64,000 nt of DNA from Schmidtea polychroa. Lineage: Eukaryota. The position numbers were made by a program, and so were the translations under genes. Position 1 is the stretch's first letter; the number at the start of each line of letters is the position of its first letter. Shown piece after piece: positions 14,761 through 28,977 of this stretch. The notes under the pieces are model-generated. The model saw nothing but the letters and a program-made list of their open reading frames with translations. It did no database searches and was not told the origin of the DNA. The DNA is taken from assembly GCA_044892525.1 (NCBI GenBank), contig CM097886.1, positions 64,914,001 to 64,978,000 on the forward strand. Direction: 5' to 3'.

Positions 14761-14968
14761 CAGGTAACCCTCCTACAACGCGGTAGATAGGTTCCTAAAA
14801 ATTGCCGCGTTATAGGTTTTAAATCTCAAAATTTGTTTTTATATGGTATATACAGGTAACCCTTCTACAACGCGGTAGATAGGTTCCAAAAAAATGCCGC
14901 GTTGTAAGAAAATTTCCGCATTTTAGGAATCGTGTTGTAGAAGTACCATGTTGTAGGAGATTTACCTG
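14761..14968. mobile_element. Tigger/pogo-like MITE with a duplicated left end
   Basis: TA-CAGGTAACCC(T/C)..TACAACGCGG at 14761 and 14853. Right TIR GTTGTAGGAGATTTACCTG-TA ends at 14968. Confidence 0.8.
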
Positions 14969-16785
14969 TATTACCAATTATTAATCTGATTCGAGCTCCA
15001 TAACGAGCTCCATAAAATATAAGTTTTTTGTTGATTAACAAAATTGATTATCAATTTAGCGCGACACATAATTCAATATTAAAACAATGCATTTCCAACC
15101 CTCTGGGAAGAATATCACGTTTGCAATATAACTTGGAATTCAACACCACTTGACTAATGTTTCTGGTTTTGATGATGGGTAAATACAACCTAGTTGCTTT
15201 CTTAGCTTTAACTTGAATTTACTCGATACCTTTAATTTGTTTTAAATCGTTTCTCCGGTAACTTCGTAATTCACCTTGAGTTTCGTTTAAATTGTTTTCT
15301 TTTTTATTTTAAAATTTCTGTTTCCTTTTGTCACCTGTCGCTTAATGACTTGATTTTAGTTTAGATTTCTTCCTCCAGTATATTCCTTTTGGTCAGCTCT
15401 AGTTCTTTTATTATCCCTGTCAGTTGTCGAGACATATAATTTTTAGATGACACCATCTCTCGGCTTCCCCGGTGATTCCTTTTCTTTATCTCGTACAAGC
15501 TATCGAGATATGCAAATTTAATTTCGATTTGTTTTTTTCTTTCTTCACTTTGTACTTGTTAATTAAGAACAACCTTATCGCATTTCATTGTTTAACTATT
15601 TTCGACTCTTATTTTTCTCTCCTTCCCAATTTCTTTTTCACATTTTGTTTCTCAGAATTACGAAAAACACATCCTCCATTTCATACATTTTCCCCCTGAT
15701 TATTTTATTCATTTAATAATTATTGGATTTCATTATTTAGGTATTCTTAACAATTAGGAGAAAGCGCCATTTAAACATTCGTTTACAATATATTTTGACA
15801 ATTTTCTTTTCATCATCAAGTAATATAAAAAAACTAGATATTACAGATATTATAGACAATTTTATTAATTTTTCTTTAAATTGTATTTATTAGAAATCAG
15901 AGGTGAAAATTGAAAAATAATTGATTATTTAAATTAAATTAAAATAAGATTTTTTTTTAAATTTTAAAATATTTGAAATTTGAAATTATTAAAATTAATA
16001 ATTTAATACATTTGAAAACAACAACAATCCATATACCCACAATTTACAATCTCACCATTGAATTTGAACTTAACCGTACTAGTTAAATTACACCTAGTCA
16101 AATTACACCCATGGATCCTAAGAATTTTTAATAAATTTATCGACAATCGTTTATTTTATCATCATTAATAGAAATGATTTTATCCATTTTTCAATAACAA
16201 CTCAACCAATTTATAAACACTTTTTACAGAATTTTCAAAGTAGAAGATAAAGACCATTAATGATAAATTATTCCCTTCACCATATATATTTTCAAATTTA
16301 TCATTTTATTAGGTTGAAATTTTTAAAAAGTTTTAAGATTGGTAAAATTAAAAAATTATAATAAATATTTGAAAATCTTTAAATATATTTAGAATAAATT
16401 GAAAAAATAATTGATTATTTAAATTAAATTATAAAGAAAAATTAATAAAATTTGTTTTTGAAATCTATAATATCTAGTTTTTCCTAACCTACCAAATGAT
16501 GACAAGAAAACTGTTGAATGTTTTTGAGTGGCATTTTCTTATTATTAAATCAGTGCCATGTTTATTTAATAATTAATTACTTAATTCAATTAATTTGTCA
16601 TTCGTTGAGTTATAATACACAAAACATTGCTTTAACTTTAAATTATAAATAATGTAAAAGACATTTAAAAATTAAATTTCATTAAATAAATATTAAAAAT
16701 TTTTTTATTTGTAACTTAATCAATTAATTTATAAAAATATAGCATGGAAATTGTTATACTTTAATTATTTCAAAAAAAAAATTAC

Positions 16786-16835
16786 TTTTAAAGCACATTC
16801 TGAAGCTGTTTCATCGTCCATATCTAAGGCACAGC
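16786..16835 (-). CDS. SYTL: Synaptotagmin-like gene micro-exon (50 nt)
   Basis: TTTTTAG acceptor and GTAAT donor. Encodes (G)CALDMDDETASECALK. Phase 1 in and phase 0 out exactly bridge exons 21434-21688 and 12364-12668. Confidence 0.65.
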
Positions 16836-18304
16836 CTAAAAATGAACAACTTAAAATTTTGAATTCTAATGATAAATAAATTATATGCAAAACAACTAGA
16901 ATTTTGAATTTTAAAAATAATAGGCAAAATATTTAGGTAAAATATTTCATGAAACCATGTTTTAAATGATGAAATAACATATCAGGTTAATGAAAATGGA
17001 TTGATGTTTTTAATCTCCACGTGTTTAATATACGTATTACAACTTAAAGTATATTATTTATCGAAACAAGAACTATCATAATCTACACATTTTGCTGAAA
17101 AGGATTAAATTTGTTTGTGATTATAAAATTCCGGGCTTCTGAAAACCCACAATAAGGCATTGTTAAATATTTCCACTAGCAAATTAAAGTAATAATTGAT
17201 TGGAGGAAAGGTCTGTGAGTATTGTAAGTGAAACAGAATTTCGCAATCCAGCTAGTTCAGCTTCTGCATCATCGATTATAAAAACTATGATTGAGCATTG
17301 TAAATACTAATAGATAACTATTTCATCAATGTTGACCAATGCTGGATCCAGGCGCATCTTTTTCTTGTGCATTCTGTAAATTTCTTAACAGTACTTCGCT
17401 GCCGCAATGGTTTTGCTCTAGTGCATTATTCTAACTGAAGACCATCACCAAGTAGAAAAAATGTCATTCCTTGTTGAAACTACTTAGGGTCATATTTTAG
17501 CGCTTCCTCTTGATCCAACTACTACATTACACGTCACAATGACATGTCACTATGTTATCAAGACACGAACCCTTTTGATTGCAAAAAAGAAGTTCGGAAG
17601 AGAGATAGCGGCATTTTTTTGATTTTCTGTCAATTCGTATTATATTCATTTGTTAATAGTTTTAAACGCTTTTAACCAATTTAGTACCAATTTCTTTAGT
17701 CTTAGATATCAAATAATGGCAGATGACATAAATTTTATAAACAAAATATTAGATTTCCAAGAGAAACTATAACATCTCTGAAATATATATTAAACTAAAA
17801 TAAAAAGTTAAAAATTTATAATTTGTGAACATTTAATGCCCACTTGAAAATATTCTGTAAGATATATAATGATTTATATTTCTTCACATTTGGGATCACT
17901 GACTACAAATGAGTTAAAATACTTATAATTGTTTGGAATAAAATTATCTGAAAAATGAGCAAATGACACAATAACACTTGTTTAGCTGACAACATATCAA
18001 TTTTTAGAGACTTACAGAGCTCAACTTATTTTTAAAAAAACGTTAGTTTGTCTAATGCTGAATTAAATTCATTAGAAGATGTATCACCTTTCAAGAAATG
18101 ATCGATTTTCAAAATTATCAAATTTGAATGAAATAATTAATAAAATGATGCATAAAGTTTTCCCCCAAAAATAATGAGTAATATTGTTGTTTTCAGTGTA
18201 AATTGAGATCAAAAATTAATTTTCTTAATAACAAAAATTTTTGATTTTTAATGAAAAATAAATTAGTATTATTGGTTGATGTGTTGTTATTGATACATAG
18301 ACAC

Positions 18305-18614
18305 CAGGGGGTGGCTCAAAAATTAATTTTTTAACCTTGCACTCTAGCTGAATTTTTTGTGGCGTCAGATATTTAAAAAAAAACTACAATGCAATTTAGA
18401 ATAATGCTTTACTTTCAATCCCATTTTAATATAAATTCTTCTAATTTTATTAGGAAATTTTACATTTTTTTGTTGATTTTATTTAAATTATTTTTTTGAT
18501 AGCTATTTTTAACAAAATCCAATTTTTAAAATAATATTAATTACTCAAATTAGTTAGTAAATTATGAAATTATTCATTTGAAGAGAAATTATTATTTAAA
18601 AATAATATATTTAA

Positions 18615-18669
<55 letters not shown>

Positions 18670-19373
18670 CTTTTTTATAAGTTATTAGAACTCTTAACGT
18701 TATTTCAATTTAAATTTTTTCTCTCGCTATTATTCAACATCTCTCGTTAAATAAATTTCATTTGTTATTTATATCTATTTAAATAATATGAATAATTAGA
18801 ATTAATTTGTAAATATTATATACAATGGTTTATAGGTCGCCTATTGTAACTTACATTTTTACTCACATAAGTTGAACTTTTCTTGCTTTTTGTTTGGAAA
18901 TTTCAGTTTCGAAAAATTTCTTTCAACACTTGCAACTGTAAAAGGTAGCGTTAAAAATATTCTTAAGGGGATAAAAATATTTAGTTAATTATCGGAAAAG
19001 TTTTTTCACAAATAAAATATAATACACTTTTGATGACGAACTCAATTCAATAAATGTTGAAATAAATTGAAACTCATTACAAAAATCCATTGCTTAGATG
19101 TATTTAATGCTGATTTAAACTTATAGGTGTTGTGCTCTTACTCTTTGTAGGCTGATAATGTCAAAAATGAATCCATAAACTGACATAAGATTTTCCAACT
19201 GTTCAAATCTATCATTGACAGAGGTAATAGCAGTATCAAGGATTCCAAAGTAAATATGTCCTTTGAATCTTTGCTGGGAGTTCTGAATAAAGTCTTCTTT
19301 CCTTTCATATGAAAATCGCTTTTTGAATCAAATGCGAGGTTTTTTTAGTTCGCCTATGTTTGAGCCACCCCTG
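18305..19373. mobile_element. Non-autonomous hAT element with a transposase remnant
   Basis: TIRs CAGGGG(G)TGGCTCAAA and TTTGAGCCACCCCTG, TSD ATAGACAC/TTAGACAC. Minus-strand remnant YFGILDTAITSVNDRFEQL near 19150-19270. Internal (TA)n at about 18619-18663. Confidence 0.85.
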
Positions 19374-21269
19374 TTAGACACACACACATATACTATAATA
19401 AATCGCTTTTAACCTTCATCTGTCCCTCAAAAGTCACTCTAAAGTCTTTATTATCAAAATAGATCCATATATTATTAAAACCTTTTTCAATTTTCATCTC
19501 TGATTTCTTTTCAATTGACATTGTATTTATTAAACAAATTTGACTATGAATCAGTAAAGATATCGATCTATTTTTTGATATCTTTACTGATTCATAGTCA
19601 AATTTATTTAGTTCTAATAAAAAACAAAATATTTCACTAAATTTCAATACGAAAAAAGCTACATAAATTGAATAAAAAAATGATTGCGTTTTCCTATCAG
19701 TGGAAATAAGCCCTGAGGACTGGTGAAGGTTAAATACCATATATTTCAATTTTAAACTATGTATGTTTAAATAAAATTAAATCATGGGAAGAGAATTCAA
19801 TAATTAAAGCTTTAAGGTAATATACTAAATTATCAAAAATTGGTATTGAGGAAGCGTGGCAAATGTTCTAAGTTTCAGTGCATAATGGACAAAAATTTAT
19901 TAGAAGGCTAATTTTTATAACTAAATCTATAAAGAAAATACTGTAGAGATACTCTAGTCGAAAAATTGACAGAAACGCGAATATTTTCTCTTTGCCGAAA
20001 ATAATTATTTCTTTCAAGAAAATTTGAACCCTATTAATTTGTTAAATCTTATAAACTTAATCTTATTGTGGTTATTATTATTTTTTCAGAAATAAAAAAT
20101 TTCATTTGATTTTTTGAAATCCTACAAATATTGTCGTTTTAAAATGTTTATATGAATTGGTTATATGTGGTTATTTTGTATAAGCAGCCGGAACACCATG
20201 AGTCTTCAAATTAAAAATCACTGATTTTGGGAACAAATTGTAACAAATCTAAACCTAATATAAATAAATTTTCATAAAATTCAATTACTTATAATCATGA
20301 TAATCGGGTTAAATTGTACAGTTCCTTTTCACAAACAAATAAAGTGAATATAAGTTAAGAAACGAAAAGTGAAGTAAAGATTTAAACAATCAAAGGAGAG
20401 TTTACTCAAAGAATCGATACTCAGAATTTACCACGGCATGGTAAAGGGTCCTAATCCTGTCAATCAACTGAATCTATAATTCCCTATCGCATCATTTCCA
20501 AAGAAACCCATGAAATTAGGCTAGCAACGCTAAATATAAACAATATACGTCGGTGTTTATACTTCGTCTTCAGTATACATTTCCAAATACTTGCAAGTTC
20601 TTTTTGGCATTTTCAAACTATGTAATTACAACCGGACAATTTGGAACGGATAATGGACAAAAAACTAATTATAACATGATTAATAATTAATAACATGACT
20701 GACAACATGAAACTGATTTTAATTAATTATTAAACCGTTTTATTTAAATTTACATCTTCATCATTGTTTTATTATTATGATTTAGTATTCCGTGGTATTT
20801 TAAATTAATATTATAACAATAGAATAATATTTTCATTTGACATTTTTCGGTTTCTACATATTTTTGCTGTCGGATCTTATGAAAAACCAATAGATGAATA
20901 AATCTCATAAATTAAAATTTTTTTTTATAGTTTAATTTTGTTTCAATACTAATTATCAACGAAAAAATTTAAAGTTAAAAGTCAGTTAATTTATTTAATT
21001 TTTTCTGTTTCAAATTGTCCACTTCCAATTGTTCTAGAACCGTAGATAAATCTATAACATAATTAATTAAATAATATTAAAACATTAAATAAATTTAGAC
21101 AGTTATAGACAAGTTAATTTTTCCGAATTCAAAACTTGTATGAAACAAAAACACAAATCAATAATATTTTGATATCTATCAACTTTTCCCCCATATTTCA
21201 ATCAAGCCTATTTAAAAATTATTTGATTATGTATTTCATAAATTTAACCAATAGTTTTATAATAAATCT

Positions 21270-21370
21270 AAATCGGGACATTTGGTCATCATCAAGACAA
21301 ATTTTGGGACGCTTAAACATATCATGTGGAAACGGAGCAATCCCAATTAATCGGACGTCTGGCAACTCTA
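21270..21370 (-). mobile_element. Solo hAT-Blackjack-like end
   Basis: Minus strand TAGAGTTGCCAGACGTCCG with nearby GGGAC motifs. Partner end not found. Confidence 0.4.
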
Positions 21371-21433
21371 CAATAAATAAAATTACAAATTGAAATAAGT
21401 TATAATATCAACGATTAACTATTTGAAAATTAC

Positions 21434-21688
21434 CTGAATCCTCTGATTTTAGTGTAGCATCAACATAGTTGTTGGTATTTAAATAATACGATTTAAAATG
21501 TTTGTTAATTCTTCTGAAGGGAGATGTTGTATTTTCGGTAGTTTCGGGTGATAAATTCAATCTGTTTGGACTTTCAATCCGAAAATAAGCACTATTATTA
21601 AATTTCCTTTTTGGCAAAAAATTTCTAGCTGATATTGAAGACTGAGTTTGCATGCCTGTATTTTCTAATTGATCAGCAGAACCAAATT
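21434..21688 (-). CDS. SYTL: Synaptotagmin-like gene linker exon
   Basis: TTCTAG acceptor, GTAATT donor, 255 nt open (FGSADQLENTGMQTQSS...KSEDS), in phase with the upstream exon across a 72-nt intron. Confidence 0.75.
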
Positions 21689-21760
21689 CTAGAAACGAAT
21701 GTTTATTTAAAATAGTGTAATTATAGTGAAAATAAATTCAAATTATTGGAAAATAAAAAC

Positions 21761-21900
21761 CTTTGTTAAATGATATAATTTTTTCAGATGATGTCCATCG
21801 ATCATTCCCAATTACCGAAGATGACCTTATCGAATCGGCTGAAGGTTCTTCTTTGTTTATATTGTTATAAAACCATTTACCAGATTTCGCTTCAAATAAA
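21761..21900 (-). CDS. SYTL: Synaptotagmin-like gene exon with SHD2 motif
   Basis: Encodes LFEAKSGKWFY, the S-G-x-W-F-Y motif of Slp/rabphilin Rab-binding domains. Phase 2 start matches the Zn-finger exon. Confidence 0.85.
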
Positions 21901-22519
21901 CTATTAAAATTTTTACTATTAATAAAACAATTAAAATAAATATAAATAAGAAATTATTAATTAAATTTCAGATAAAAATAAAAAGTTAAGCTGCTTTGCT
22001 ACTTTTTGCATTACTGAGTAAAATATTAATTATGAGTTCTCAAAAAATTGTAAAATTTTCAACCTTGGCGTGCTTGAAATGGTCTAATTTTATTGTTTAC
22101 ATCACGTTGAAATTCATAAAAACTGTCTATAATCTAAAAAATAATCAATAAGTTCTACAACAAATGGAAATAAGTAAGGGTCTAAGTGGCAAAAATAATA
22201 ATAATAATAATAATAATAACAACAAATACGCAAGTATATATTAATTAAGGGCATATGACAATAAGTAATGAACTTATCTCAAATATAAAAAAGGAATTAC
22301 GAGTATGTTTTCGATAATATCAATGATATTTCTACATCATCAATTATTCCATACTAACTGATATAAAAAAGTCTAGTTAATTTGTTTTTGGTAGAATTGG
22401 TGTCAAAAATTGCTCAGTTCTAAGGAAAATTATTAGATAAAATTTGATTTATTAAAAACACATTTAGAAAATCTTCACAATAATGAGTTCATTAAATACA
22501 TTAAATATATATTTATATT

Positions 22520-23715
22520 CAGTCGATTCCGCTTAATTGGGACACATCGGGACTTGGGCATTTTGACCAAATTAAGCGAATTTTACATTTTTTAAATTCA
22601 TTTATTTGGTTTTGGCAACTAAGGCCATTAACCAGTAATACACACATAATTAAACAATGCATTTTTTTCAATAATTTTATTTTATAAACTCTTGGAAACT
22701 GTAAATTACATATAGGTAATATAAACTATCATATAAATTACAAATAAACTTTTAAGAAAAAAAATATTTCCTAATTAAAATAATAAATGGGTAGGTACAT
22801 ACAACTTATTTCAATGCAAAAATGAGTCAAGTGTAGCCTGTCTTTTGTTTTTGTAACATTTCACTTGTACAAAATCAGCATAGATATTCAGTGCGGATGT
22901 AGGACTCCCTTCATTTCCTTCCTGCAAATAATGACGCTGCAACACGACCATTCATTTTTTCCCTCCTGGTTAGTCACAGACAAAGGTGACTCATCATCAT
23001 CATCGTCAGCTTCATCTAATTTTTCTTGTTTTTATTTAATACCTTCTACAATTGAATCCTCACAGTCTTCATTATCATCGTAACATGGTAAATTGTTATC
23101 TATTGTTGAAAATTCTTCATAGTTAATAATAGCAACTTGCAACGTATCCTCATTTTCTTCATTGCTTAAAATTTCGGAAATATCTAAGGGTTTAAAGCCG
23201 CAATTAGTAAAACAGTTCTGTATTGTGGTGCTTTTTATACTGTCAGCGAAAAACTGTATTGCTTGGAAAGGGGAAATTTTTGAACTAATCTCTCTGGCTG
23301 TTGTAGATCTTGTTAATAAATTTTCATCAATGGATTCTAATATGTAATTAACCAATTTTCCACGATACAAAGTCTTAAAATTTTTATTACCCCCATGTCC
23401 ATTGGTTGCACTAACGATGTGGTATTAGGATGAAGAAATTCCAGCTGTATATTTTGTAGATTGTCTAAATGAGGGTGTGCTGCACAATTGTCAACAAGCA
23501 GCAAATTTTTCTTTGTTTAAGTTGTAAATTTTGGTCCCAACTAGTAAGCCAATTTCGAAAATTTTCAGAAGTCATCCATGCATCTTTGTTTGCATGGTAC
23601 TCCACTGGTAAACCCTCCATTCTTAACCCCTTAAAGCATCGAGGTCTAGCACTTTTTCCTATGATCAGTAGCTTTCGTTTGTCAGTACCTGATATATTTG
23701 TACACCATAACACAG
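22520..23715 (-). mobile_element. Tigger/pogo (TIGD-like, DDE_1) transposon, 5' truncated and frameshifted
   Basis: TIR CAGTCGATTCCGCTTAATTGGGAC at 22520. Peptides [49 protein letters not shown]. Confidence 0.85.
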
Positions 23716-23717
23716 TA

Positions 23718-23765
23718 CAGTAGTCCCTCGTATAACACAGTTTCGATATTACATGATACAAAATT
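23718..23765. mobile_element. End of a second Tigger-like element that truncates the transposase
   Basis: TA-CAGTAGTCCCTCGTATAACACAGTTTCG. Partner end not located. Confidence 0.5.
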
Positions 23766-24327
23766 TCCGATTATTATTATATATTTATTACATAACGTTT
23801 TCAAAAAATTGAATATGTTATGTATATATTCCGTTGAATTTTTAAAATTGCGTTTAATAAGGCGAATAGCAGAAAAATCAATATCGCTTTGTCTTTTGTT
23901 AATGAAGTTGATAAAGTTTTTGCTTGCATTGTTTTTAATATTTTGGAAAGTAAATAGAAAAAAAGTACATACATAGTAAATAATAATAGCCATCTTTTGA
24001 AAGTCTAAGTTCATAATAATTTTAATATCAGGTATGTTAAAAATTAAGTTGTAATGTTTATAGTAAAGCTAATTTTGTTTCCTATATTTAGATAATGTCT
24101 GACAAAATTAACAAGCAAAAATTTAAACGAAAATTTATTTCACTCGAAGAAAAAATAGGAATTTCAGGAATTTTTTTGTAATAAAAATTTGAAGTTAACT
24201 TAGTTTTTCACTTATATGTATATTTGGAACGATATTTCAACTATAATAAAATTTTACACCTTAAGACTTGGTTATTTAAATAAAATTTTTAAAATAGAGC
24301 TTCTACTTTCTCTTTTGGAAAAATTAA

Positions 24328-24548
24328 CCCTTAAACCACTCAAATAGAATTACGAGGACCCGAAGTTCTCAACGAAACTGACCGTTACAGGCAAACTATG
24401 TGTTTGATCGTGTTGAAACCTACAAGTTATGGTCAGGAGTTTTACAGACGAAAAACGGTCTTACTGGTTGGAACGCGAAAATATTTTGATTTGAATCAAA
24501 TGGGGTTTTTATGATGACCACCTGAACACGGTTTTAGTGGTTAAAGGG
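24328..24548. mobile_element. piggyBac MITE
   Basis: TTAA-CCCTTAAACCACT ... AGTGGTTAAAGGG-TTAA. Confidence 0.85.
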
Positions 24549-25130
24549 TTAAAAATAGCGTTAATCGAAATGAAATAATTCAAATTGGATACAAAATTAT
24601 ATACCTCGCCCAAAAATAAAAATTTGGAATTCAAAGATTTGTCATAAATAATAACACATTCGTTATTAATGCTTATTTCGATTCCATTTCTCATATATAC
24701 GAAAAATATCATCAAAAATATATGCCAATATCAGTGGATTACTCTTAATTAATAAATTTACTGGAATATCGAGTTACCATACATTCATTGCTCAAAACTG
24801 TTTTTATAAATTTTTGAAGATATTAGAGTCAATGAATTTCTTCGGTATTCCTGGATGATCCCTGATGACTTTAAATGAACCTATTGAGTTGATACAAGAA
24901 ATGAAAATTTATAATTTCTATAAAGGACGAATCTGTGGTGGCGTGATATTTGTAAACAAACACCATGATTTAATCGATGGAAATACATAACTTTTATAAA
25001 TCGATATCAATAACTTATACGTTTAGATGTGTAGACTTACAAAGGTTGAGAAATTGCTGCTTACTCAATGAGTAATACTCATAATCCTAAAAACAATTAT
25101 GTAACACATGGCGCTTACTTCAAATGCATA

Positions 25131-26007
25131 TATGGTCGCAATCCCGGAGCCTTTTATCAATCCCACCAGGTTTAACCTAGCAGAATTTTGTTATTATTTA
25201 TTTGGAAAAACTGAAAATATTGTACAAAATTTAATTATAAAAGTTTTTTTTTATTTATAAAAAAAGAAAACATTACATATTAAATTCACAAAATTCATTA
25301 TTTATTATAGATATAGAAAATATGGTACCAAAAAAATATATTTTTTATTGACTTATAAAATGTTTATTTTAAATTAGTTTCTTTTTGACTGTTGGTGAAA
25401 AAATCCTCGAAGGAAACACAATGAATCGACACTATCGTCATTTAAACGTGAACGAAACTTAGTGCATAAAATTCCGGCAGCTGAAAATGCTCGCTCCGAA
25501 TATCTACACTTGATACTATTGATACGCGAAATCCCGAAATTGATACTATCAATATTATGAATACTTTTTAAATGTGTATGAAGTCCTTTAGTAGATCCTC
25601 CTGTCGTCTTGATAATTTGTGGACAACGTTTGCATTTAGCTGATCTGTCGTAAAATTTCCATACTTCTGCCTTATTTGTCATCGCTAAATCTGTGCTAAA
25701 GAAATGAATTAATAAACTTTGAATTAAAAATATATATGTATCAAAATATGGTTTTTCTTAAATTTTCAGATAACTGCTTACCTTATTTTATTTAAAAACA
25801 CTTAAAATGGTAAAATAAAAATGAGTAAATTAAATATTCTTTGCTAACAAAATAAAAATTAAATTTTTAAGTTCACTAAAATAACAGCACAAAATCATAA
25901 ATACAAACAATGTAAATGATTTTTGATTTTTTTAGAAATTAGTTAATAATTAGAATGGTTTTTCCGGGATCGGGATTTGGGATCCTGAATCCCGGGATTG
26001 CGACCTA
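25131..26007 (-). mobile_element. Internally deleted hAT element with a BED finger-hATC mini-ORF (25374-25682)
   Basis: Ends related to TAGGGTCGCAATCCCGG and GGGAT subterminal repeats. ORF has VWKFY..CKRC..GST..LHTHLKSIH (BED) and SERAFSAAG..TKFRSRLND..VD.LCFL (dimerisation). No TSD seen. Confidence 0.8.
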
Positions 26008-27015
26008 TAAAGAAGATAAAGAAATATAAAGAAGAGAATGAATATCAGATTATGCAACTCTGTTTCAAAGTTAGTTACATACGCATTCAAACTAACTTTC
26101 CAAAAGAGTATGAAGATTGCGAATGATTTAATTGTTGTATTGTTGAATAAAGATAAGGTATATCAGTCAATCTGTACTTGATTTATCCAAACTTAGAATG
26201 TATCAATGAGAATGAGATGAAAACTACTAATGTCAAATTCATACATGACAAATAAGATAACAGACTAGTTAAAATTTGCCTATAAACACAAATAAATATA
26301 TCTAACGCATAAAACAGAAGCGTCGGGCATTCGTCACTGAAATATAATGAAATAGGATAAACACGGTCTTCAACTATTTGTCAGGATTTTTTTTCACGGG
26401 AATATTCGGTCTTCGGTGCGCAAAGGTTAATAAATGTATGCTCATAATTAATAATTACACATAAGTTAAAATTCCACTTTACTTAGTAATGCAATATTTA
26501 TCGATTAATGTTATTTAGAAAATAGTGGGTGGGTGAATCAAAAAGTGCTCTAGTGATTGCATTATTATCTACTTACTTACTAATATCGATAACAAGCGCT
26601 ATTTAATAGTAGTGATTGCAAATTCGAGCTAACATTCGAAATATGGTTTATGGGTTTCTAGTTTTAAGAAGGGCAGATTAAAAATATCAATAAATCACAA
26701 TATATAAATCTATTGCACCCAAAATTTGACCTAGGGAATCAACCTAAATAATTTAATTCAAATAAAATATGTTTTATTAATTGTTAAAGTTAATAATTTA
26801 TTAATTAATTCATTAATTATAGTTTTAATATATTAATAATGTTTAATTCAAACTATTCGTTTTAAGTTTTCTCTTGAAGAAAATATGCTCTCTCATTAAG
26901 CATAATATATTTGCACTATTGATTCAATGGTGAATATCCTTGGGAATTTCTGATTTCAATATCAAATTTTTTATTGGGAAATGATAAAAACAATTTTTAT
27001 AGTAATATTACTCAC

Positions 27016-27341
27016 ATGTTTTTATGGCATGATTTACAAATTTCTACATTCGGGCGATCCATGTGATGAGTACATTTTTTGCACATTTTCGATTTGCATA
27101 AAATACAAGAGTTACCATTTGGTGAAGCACAGCTCCAAGGCAAAATAGAAAATCTTCGTCCACAAGATATACAATTTCCGATAAAATTAATCTCTAAGGT
27201 ATTATTTTTTTTATTTAAATTTTCTTTCATAATTTCTGATACACTGTTTTTATATAGATGACAACTGTTTAAAGACCGAGTACTTAAGTTATATTCTGGG
27301 CTGATGTCAACAAAATTTGATTCACTTTCTGTTGATGACAA
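27016..27341 (-). CDS. SYTL: Synaptotagmin-like gene exon with Rab-binding-domain Zn finger (5' end in gap)
   Basis: CISCGRRF...CILCKSKMCKKC...ICKSCHK followed by a GTGAGT donor. Confidence 0.85.
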
Positions 27342-27601
27342 NNNNNNNNNNNNNNNNNNNNNNNNNNNNNNNNNNNNNNNNNNNNNNNNNNNNNNNNNNN
27401 NNNNNNNNNNNNNNNNNNNNNNNNNNNNNNNNNNNNNNNNNNNNNNNNNNNNNNNNNNNNNNNNNNNNNNNNNNNNNNNNNNNNNNNNNNNNNNNNNNNN
27501 NNNNNNNNNNNNNNNNNNNNNNNNNNNNGCATTGTAGTAGATGAGTAATATGAATCGCTTACACCATTAAATTGTCCACATCACATGCTCCTCCTCCTTA
27601 A

Positions 27602-27824
27602 CCCTTTCCTATCTTCTTTATTTTATGTGTCCCGCCCGTTCCAATCCTAATAAAATTTTTAAAAATTAAAAAGAATTATCGTCATCATCGTCAGTGCTCA
27701 ACTGTGCATCTTGTATATCATTTTCATGGTCATTATCACCATCGGTAATATCATTTTTTTACAGACAGAGGAAAGAATGGTTAATTTTTTTGTCATACTT
27801 TTATAGACACAAGATAGGAAAGGG
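27602..27824. mobile_element. piggyBac MITE
   Basis: Perfect 14-bp TIR CCCTTTCCTATCTT with TTAA on both sides. Confidence 0.9.
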
Positions 27825-28019
27825 TTAATGACTAAAAGTAATAATAGTGCCCAATATAGTTTCTGTTATTAAAGCAAGCCCCACACAATGACATACTGAT
27901 TAAAAACAACTTATTTAACGATTATTAGCAAAATAATTTATTGTTAACACCAAACTACATATAGGACTAACTACATATAACTACTACATAGGAGTCTTTA
28001 AGTGAAAATGACGAAGTTG

Positions 28020-28263
28020 ACCCTAACCCTAAAACCAATACTTAACCCGTAACTTAAACACCGCCACGTACCTCTAACCTTAGCCAGTAAATCCTAACCA
28101 TAACCACTAACTTCTTACTATGACTTTAGCCCTATCTAATCGTAACTCTAACACTAAACCTAAAACCAAGCCTTAACTCCAACTCTAACCCTAATTCTTA
28201 ACCCTAGCCTTTAATTTAAACGCAAACTCTATCCATATCCCTATTCGTAACCTTAACCCCTAA
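28020..28263. repeat. Degenerate (CCCTAA)n-like array
   Basis: Hexamer periodicity with CCCTAA, CTTAAC, CCTAAC and CTCTAA variants. Confidence 0.7.
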
Positions 28264-28603
28264 AATGGGTTCAATTAATTATAAGTCAAATATATGTATG
28301 ACATATTGAACTATTGAGAAGGATATTTTTATTTAAGCAAAAATTGTTAATAAATTTTATCAATTAAATAGTTCTATTCGATCCAAGACCATATATAGAG
28401 CTAATTGCAAATAACAATTATTAATAAAATGTCAAATAAAAAATAATTCCCAAAATTTATTCTAAACAATAAACTAATTTGATTTTAATAATTTGTTAAT
28501 GTGGTTATTGTTGTGGAATTATTGTTAATAGTTTACCAAGAATTGGATGGTTTTCAAGGAAATATAAGTTTCACCCTCTTCAGCAGTAAATTTATTTGAT
28601 TAC

Positions 28604-28709
28604 TTTGTTGTTATTCGGTGTAGAAAACAAACTTTCGAAATAAGCTTTAGAATCTGTTGAATAATTTGAATTCAAATCGTAATCACTAAATCCTGAACCA
28701 ATACCTATT
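28604..28709 (-). CDS. Candidate exon 2 of the synaptotagmin-like gene
   Basis: TTTAG acceptor, GTAATC donor, 106 nt open, phase-compatible with exon 1. Sequence has no diagnostic motif. Confidence 0.45.
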
Positions 28710-28977
28710 CTAAATTCAAAGATGCACGAGTTTATGGATAAATTAATTATAAATGACACTTTATAATCTTGATTTTTTCCAAATTATAATTGAACTATAT
28801 GGAAATTATTTTCAAATTTTTAAACAAATATAATGACTATTTAAATATAGATTTTAATCGCTGAAACTTTAGTTAAATAAATGTGCTATTTAAGTATGCC
28901 ATTATGATTTAACAAATCAGAACAATAATTTTTAACAAATAAATTTAAAGTTAATGCTGCACAAAAAATAGATTTAC

